Of a DNA stretch of 64,000 nucleotides, positions 59,692 through 64,000 are shown piece after piece; position 1 is the first letter of the stretch; each line of letters starts with the position of its first letter. Under the pieces are notes generated by a model. That model made no database searches, had not been told where the DNA came from, and was given only the letters and a program-made list of their open reading frames with translations. Made by a program: the position numbers and the translations under genes. Source of the stretch: an uncultured Candidatus Binatia bacterium (GTDB taxonomy: Bacteria; Desulfobacterota; Binatia; UBA9968; JAJDTQ01); NCBI GenBank assembly GCA_965242525.1, contig OZ251459.1, positions 896,001 through 960,000 of the forward strand, written 5' to 3'.

Positions 59692-61824
59692 ATGGAGGGT
59701 AAAGGAGAGAATCTGTCCATGAAACGTCCATCCTCGAAAGGTGGAGACGGACCACCCGTGTACCCATCCGGGAATTTCCGGTCCGGACGCTTCCCCCTGT
59801 TGTTGCTGCTGCTCGCGCTGTCCACGTTGTTCCTGTGCAACGTGGACAAGGGATACCTCTACCGTCCCGGCCTGCATAACTGGAGTACCATAAAGAACTT
59901 GGCGCTGGCCGAGAACCTGTCGCCCGACCACCATTTCCGGTTGTTCCTCCAGCGGACCACGGGGCCGGACGGCGCCCCTGCATACGAGATGTACAGCCGC
60001 TTTCCCATGGGCGTATATGCACTCATCAAGCTCGCCATCCTTCCTTTCGGAAACGACCTCTCCGCCAGGATACTCTCTGCCCGAATGCTCATGTTGCTCC
60101 TGTTCAGCGGTGCTGCGCTCCTGGCCTTCCACTCCCTCGTCCGCATCACTTCCCGGGGCTGGGTCGCCCTGGCCGCCACCCTCATGGCGTTCTCCTCCTA
60201 CTACATGCTGCTCTACGGCGACGCGGTTTCCGTGGAGGTCAGCGTGGATCTGTTCGCGGTCCTGCTGGCCTTCCACGGCATGGTGGTGTTCGTGCAGGAG
60301 GGACGGTTCCGGCAGTTGCTGGCCAAGACCTTGGTTGCGCTGCTGCTGGGATGGCACGTGTACGCCTTCCTGTCGCCGTTCATCCTCCTGGGCCTGGGGA
60401 GCGAGGCAGTCCGTGCCTGGAAGGACGGGACCGCGCTGTGGCCTCGTGTGCGCTCGGTGGGGGTGGCGGTGCTGCGCAGCCGCTACACGGCCCTTGGCCT
60501 GGCTGCGCTGCTGTTCGGCGCGGCGGTCCTGGGCTTCAACTTCGCCAACGAGTACGCCGCGTTCGGAGGCGAGACCGCGGTGACCGAACTGCCGTCGTTC
60601 CAGTCCATGCTCAGGCGCACCGGACTGGACCGGGACTCCGCCTCCGCCGGATGGTGGATGGGTTTCCTGCGAGGGCAGTTCTATCGTGTCCGCATGGCGT
60701 CGGTTCCCCTGGCGCTGGCCGACTGGGGCGCCGGTTTGCGGGGGTGGTTCCCCTCGGTTCCCTATTCGGGGTCCGGCTTGTCGGGGCCGGAGTTGTCGCT
60801 TTACTTCCTGTTGTTGCTGGCGGCGGTGGCCGCAGCCGCGGTCGTGGTCCGGCTTGCGAGGCGGCTGTTGCCCCGGAGTCGCCGCATGCCGTTCGCCGCC
60901 CTTGGCCTGTCAGGTTTCTTCTGGGCCCTGCTCATGCGCAATAACGTCGTACACTTTAGCCACGACCATGAAGCGGTGTACTACGTGGGGGTCCCGCTGG
61001 TGTTGTACTCACTGCTCCTGCTGTACGTCCACCAGCGCTGGGGGCATCGTCCGGTGGTGGGGCTCGCATTTGCGGCGCTGCTCGCCTTCGTGGTCTCCGC
61101 CTTCCAGATGTACCAACGCTGGGTCCCTGACGCCCGGGCGGCCGAGGTCCAGCGAACCGCCATGGCAGAAATCGGGGCCATTCGCGAAACCACCCGGGGA
61201 AAGGTGATCCTGGTCATCGAGTCCGTCGAGCCGGGACGGTCCGCACAGGTCACGCAGCCGCGCCACGCATGGAATTACTACCTCGCCGGAAGCATCCTGA
61301 CATACTCCCGCGACGTGGAATCGGGCGCCCGCGCCGCGGACTTCATCGTCACCCGCGACCGGGTGGAGAGCGGCGCCCTGCTCACCCCGGGGAACGAACG
61401 GGTGTTCCTGTATGGTCCCGCAGGTATCGACGACCTGGTGGAGTCGTACCGAGCAGCTTACCGGCAGGCGGCGTCCTCCGGGGCCCCTGCGGCGCGTTCC
61501 CACTTCGACGTCTATCTCGGCGACGACGCGCTGACCTTCGTCAGGGAGCCCTGCATCCGGGAGGACGTGAGAAACGAGATCTTCCTGATGGCGGTTCCGG
61601 AAGACCTGAATGACCTGCCCGGATGGCGCCGCCTGCGATACGGCTCCGACCACCTCGTCTTCCATTCCACCAAGGCGCCCATGCTGTTCGATGAGAAGTG
61701 TATCGCTGTCCTTCCACTCCCCGACTACCCCGTCTCCCGCATCAGGGTGAGACAGAAGCGAGGCCCATCCCGTGACAGTTCGCATCGACACGGCTGGAAG
61801 GTAGAGATACCGGCGAGCCGGTAG
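59692..61824 (+). CDS. GT-C-like membrane protein, copy 9
   Basis: Intact 710-aa paralog. Confidence 0.75.
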   Translation: MEGKGENLSMKRPSSKGGDGPPVYPSGNFRSGRFPLLLLLLALSTLFLCNVDKGYLYRPGLHNWSTIKNLALAENLSPDHHFRLFLQRTTGPDGAPAYEMYSRFPMGVYALIKLAILPFGNDLSARILSARMLMLLLFSGAALLAFHSLVRITSRGWVALAATLMAFSSYYMLLYGDAVSVEVSVDLFAVLLAFHGMVVFVQEGRFRQLLAKTLVALLLGWHVYAFLSPFILLGLGSEAVRAWKDGTALWPRVRSVGVAVLRSRYTALGLAALLFGAAVLGFNFANEYAAFGGETAVTELPSFQSMLRRTGLDRDSASAGWWMGFLRGQFYRVRMASVPLALADWGAGLRGWFPSVPYSGSGLSGPELSLYFLLLLAAVAAAAVVVRLARRLLPRSRRMPFAALGLSGFFWALLMRNNVVHFSHDHEAVYYVGVPLVLYSLLLLYVHQRWGHRPVVGLAFAALLAFVVSAFQMYQRWVPDARAAEVQRTAMAEIGAIRETTRGKVILVIESVEPGRSAQVTQPRHAWNYYLAGSILTYSRDVESGARAADFIVTRDRVESGALLTPGNERVFLYGPAGIDDLVESYRAAYRQAASSGAPAARSHFDVYLGDDALTFVREPCIREDVRNEIFLMAVPEDLNDLPGWRRLRYGSDHLVFHSTKAPMLFDEKCIAVLPLPDYPVSRIRVRQKRGPSRDSSHRHGWKVEIPASR

Positions 61825-61847
61825 TCCTTGTCGGCCAGGGCCGTCCC

Positions 61848-64000
61848 ATGCAGGGTGAAGGAGGGAAGCTGTCCATGGAATATCAATCTTCGAAAGGGGA
61901 AGACGACCACCCGTGCACCCCCTCCTCGCGGAATTTCCGGTCCGGACGCTTCCCCCTGCTGTTGCTGCTGCTCGCGCTGTCCACGTTGTTCCTGTGCAAC
62001 GTGGACAAGGGATACCTCTACCGTCCCAACCTCCATGACTTCAACACCATAATGAATCTGGCGGCAGCCGAGAACCTGTCACCCGACCACAATTTCCGGT
62101 TGTTCGTCCCGCAAATCATGGAACCGGGCGGCGCCCACGCATATATGTACAGCCGCTTTCCCGTGGGTGGATACGTATTCATCAAGCTCGCCATCCTCCC
62201 CTTCGGAAACGACTTGTCCGCCAGTATCCTCGCGGCCCGAATGCTCATGTTGCTCCTGTTCAGCGGTGCTGCGCTCCTGGCCTTCCACTCCCTCGCCCGC
62301 ATCACTTCCCGGGGCTGGGTCGCCCTGGCCGCCACCCTCGCGGCGTTCTCCTCCTACTACATGCTGTTCCACGGCGACTCGGTCTCCGTGGAGGTCAGCG
62401 TGGACCTGTTCGCGGTCCTGCTGGCCTTCCACGGCATGGTGGTGTTCGTGCAGGAGGGACGGTTCCGGCAGTTGCTGGTCAAGACCTTGGTTGCGCTGCT
62501 GCTGGGGTGGCACGTGTACGCCTTCCTGTCGCCGTTCATCCTCCTGGGCCTGGGGAGCGAGGCAGTCCGTGCCTGGAAGGACGGGACCGCGCTGTGGCCT
62601 CGTGTGCGCTCGGTGGGGGCGGCGGTGCTGCGCAGCCGCTACACGGCCCTTGGCCTGGCTGCGCTGCTGTTCGGCGCGACGGTCCTGGGCTTCAACTTCG
62701 CCAACGAGTACGCCGCGTTCGGAGGCGAGACCGCGGTGACCGAACTGCCGTCGTTCCAGTCCATGCTCAGGCGCACCGGACTGGACCGGGACTCCGCCTC
62801 CGCCGGATGGTGGATGGGTTTCCTGCGAGGGCAGTTCTATCGTGTCCGCATGGCGTCGGTTCCCCTGGCGTTGACCGACTGGGGCGCCGGTTTGCGGGGG
62901 TGGTTCCCCTCGGTTCCCTATTCGGGGTCCGGCCTTTCGGGGCCGGAGTTGTCGCTTTACCTCCTGTTGTTGCTGCTGGCGGTGGCCGCAGCCGCGGTCG
63001 TGGTCCGGCTTGCGAGGCGGCTGTTGCCCCGGCGGCGTCGAATGCCGTTGGCCGTCCTTGGCCTGTCGGGGTTCTTCTGGGCCCTGCCCATGCGCCATAA
63101 CGTTGCGGACTTCGCCCACGACCATGAGGCGGTGTACTACGTGGGCGTGCCGCTGGTGTTGTACTCACTGCTCCTGTTGTACGTCCACAAGCGCTGGGGG
63201 CATGGTCCGGTGGTCGGCTTCGCAGTTGCGGCGCTGCTCGCCTTCGTGGTCTCCGCCTTCCAGATGTACCAACGCTGGATACCTGACGCCCGGGCGGCGG
63301 AGGTCCAGCGCACCGCCATGGCCGAACTCGGGGCCATCCGCGAAACCACCCGGGGAAAGGTGGTCCTGATCCTCAAGGCCGTCGAGCCGGGATGGCTCAT
63401 GCAGGTCTCACAGCCGCGCCACGAATGGAATTACTACTTCGCCGGAAGCATCCTGACATACGCCCGCGACGTGGAAGCGGGCGCCCGGGCCGCGGACTTC
63501 ATCGTCACCCGCGACCGTGTGGAGAGCGGCGCCCTGCTCACCCCCGGGAACGAACGGGTGTTCCTGTACGGTTCCGCAGGTATCGGCGACCTGGTGGAGT
63601 CGTACCGGGCCGCTTACCGGCAGGTGGTGTCCTCCGGGGCCCCTGTGGCGCGCTCCCACTTCGACGTCTATCTCGGCGACGAAGCGCTGACCTTCGTCAG
63701 GGAGCCTTGCGTCGGGGAGGATGTGAGATACTGGATCGTCATGAGCGCGGTCCCGGAAGACCTGAAGGACCTGCCCGGATGGCTCCGCCTGCGATACCAC
63801 CCCGGCCACCCCATCTTGAAGTCCGGCACGTTTCCCATACTGTTCGAGGAGAAGTGCATCGCTGTCCTTCCGCTCCCCGATTACCCCGTTTCCCGCATCA
63901 AGGTGAGACAGTCGCTACGCCGGTCCCGTGATAGCTCCCATCCACACGGCTGGAAGGTAGAGATACCGGCGAGCCGGTGGCCGGTGCCATCCCATGGAGG
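61848..64000 (+). CDS. GT-C-like membrane protein, copy 10 (stop just beyond window; absent from ORF track)
   Basis: MQGEGGKLSMEYQSSKGEDD...RNFRSGRFPLLLL ... GWKVEIPASRWPVPSHG. Confidence 0.75.
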   Translation, partial: MQGEGGKLSMEYQSSKGEDDHPCTPSSRNFRSGRFPLLLLLLALSTLFLCNVDKGYLYRPNLHDFNTIMNLAAAENLSPDHNFRLFVPQIMEPGGAHAYMYSRFPVGGYVFIKLAILPFGNDLSASILAARMLMLLLFSGAALLAFHSLARITSRGWVALAATLAAFSSYYMLFHGDSVSVEVSVDLFAVLLAFHGMVVFVQEGRFRQLLVKTLVALLLGWHVYAFLSPFILLGLGSEAVRAWKDGTALWPRVRSVGAAVLRSRYTALGLAALLFGATVLGFNFANEYAAFGGETAVTELPSFQSMLRRTGLDRDSASAGWWMGFLRGQFYRVRMASVPLALTDWGAGLRGWFPSVPYSGSGLSGPELSLYLLLLLLAVAAAAVVVRLARRLLPRRRRMPLAVLGLSGFFWALPMRHNVADFAHDHEAVYYVGVPLVLYSLLLLYVHKRWGHGPVVGFAVAALLAFVVSAFQMYQRWIPDARAAEVQRTAMAELGAIRETTRGKVVLILKAVEPGWLMQVSQPRHEWNYYFAGSILTYARDVEAGARAADFIVTRDRVESGALLTPGNERVFLYGSAGIGDLVESYRAAYRQVVSSGAPVARSHFDVYLGDEALTFVREPCVGEDVRYWIVMSAVPEDLKDLPGWLRLRYHPGHPILKSGTFPILFEEKCIAVLPLPDYPVSRIKVRQSLRRSRDSSHPHGWKVEIPASRWPVPSHG

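Larger units (their letters stand above)
42486..64000 (+). repeat. Tandem array of >=10 paralogous ~2.15-kb genes (continues past the window end)
   Basis: Unit restarts near 44585, 46737, 48880, 51063, 53243, 55383, 57557, 59692, 61848; window ends in the next ...CCCATGGAGG leader. Confidence 0.97.

Noticed and set aside
42530-63000. Phase variation via CTG/TTG poly-Leu tracts in array genes
   Set aside because: Tracts are imperfect triplet repeats; the only change seen (copy 8, one Leu fewer) is in frame.
42486-64000. Diversity-generating retroelement as source of the variation
   Set aside because: No reverse transcriptase or non-coding template repeat in the window; variation is spread over several segments of whole-gene repeats and does not look adenine-restricted.
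42486-64000. Integron cassette array or shufflon
   Set aside because: Intergenic gaps are 23 bp or less, with no attC-like palindromes; all genes share one orientation and no recombinase is visible.

Overview
High-GC bacterial chromosomal window. Gene content (multiple Bug/TctC, Rieske oxygenases, amidohydrolases, Uma2, REP/MITE repeats) resembles uncultured Binatia/'Deltaproteobacteria'-type genomes; this is inference only. Layout: 1-6.8 kb, a GT2 end, then an operon of cupin, PaaK-like CoA ligase, phenylphosphate-carboxylase-like UbiD plus gamma subunit, TenA/PqqC-like protein, ornithine-cyclodeaminase-like protein and YciO. 6.9-9.4 kb, a tandem pair of SGNH proteins. 9.6-12.9 kb, a Type II R-M system with C-protein and C-box. 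13-23.6 kb, transport and aromatic-catabolism genes. 23.8-27 kb, a mobile hotspot (REP-bounded Type ISP R-M remnant; frameshifted IS with TIRs and a 5-bp TSD). 27-35 kb, NitT/TauT ABC transporter, fbp, fbaB, AlbA_2/RecG-C-like protein, M20 peptidase, two tandem MITEs and tRNA-Met. 35.5-42.3 kb, ADH, amidohydrolase, TctBCA, EamA and pgsA. The standout feature is 42.5-64 kb and beyond: a head-to-tail array of at least 10 intact ~2.15-kb paralogous genes for GT-C-like (ArnT/PMT-type) membrane proteins. Their membrane scaffolds are near-identical, but about 8 short hypervariable segments are shuffled between copies as mosaics, suggesting a recombination-diversified surface-modification or recognition repertoire.
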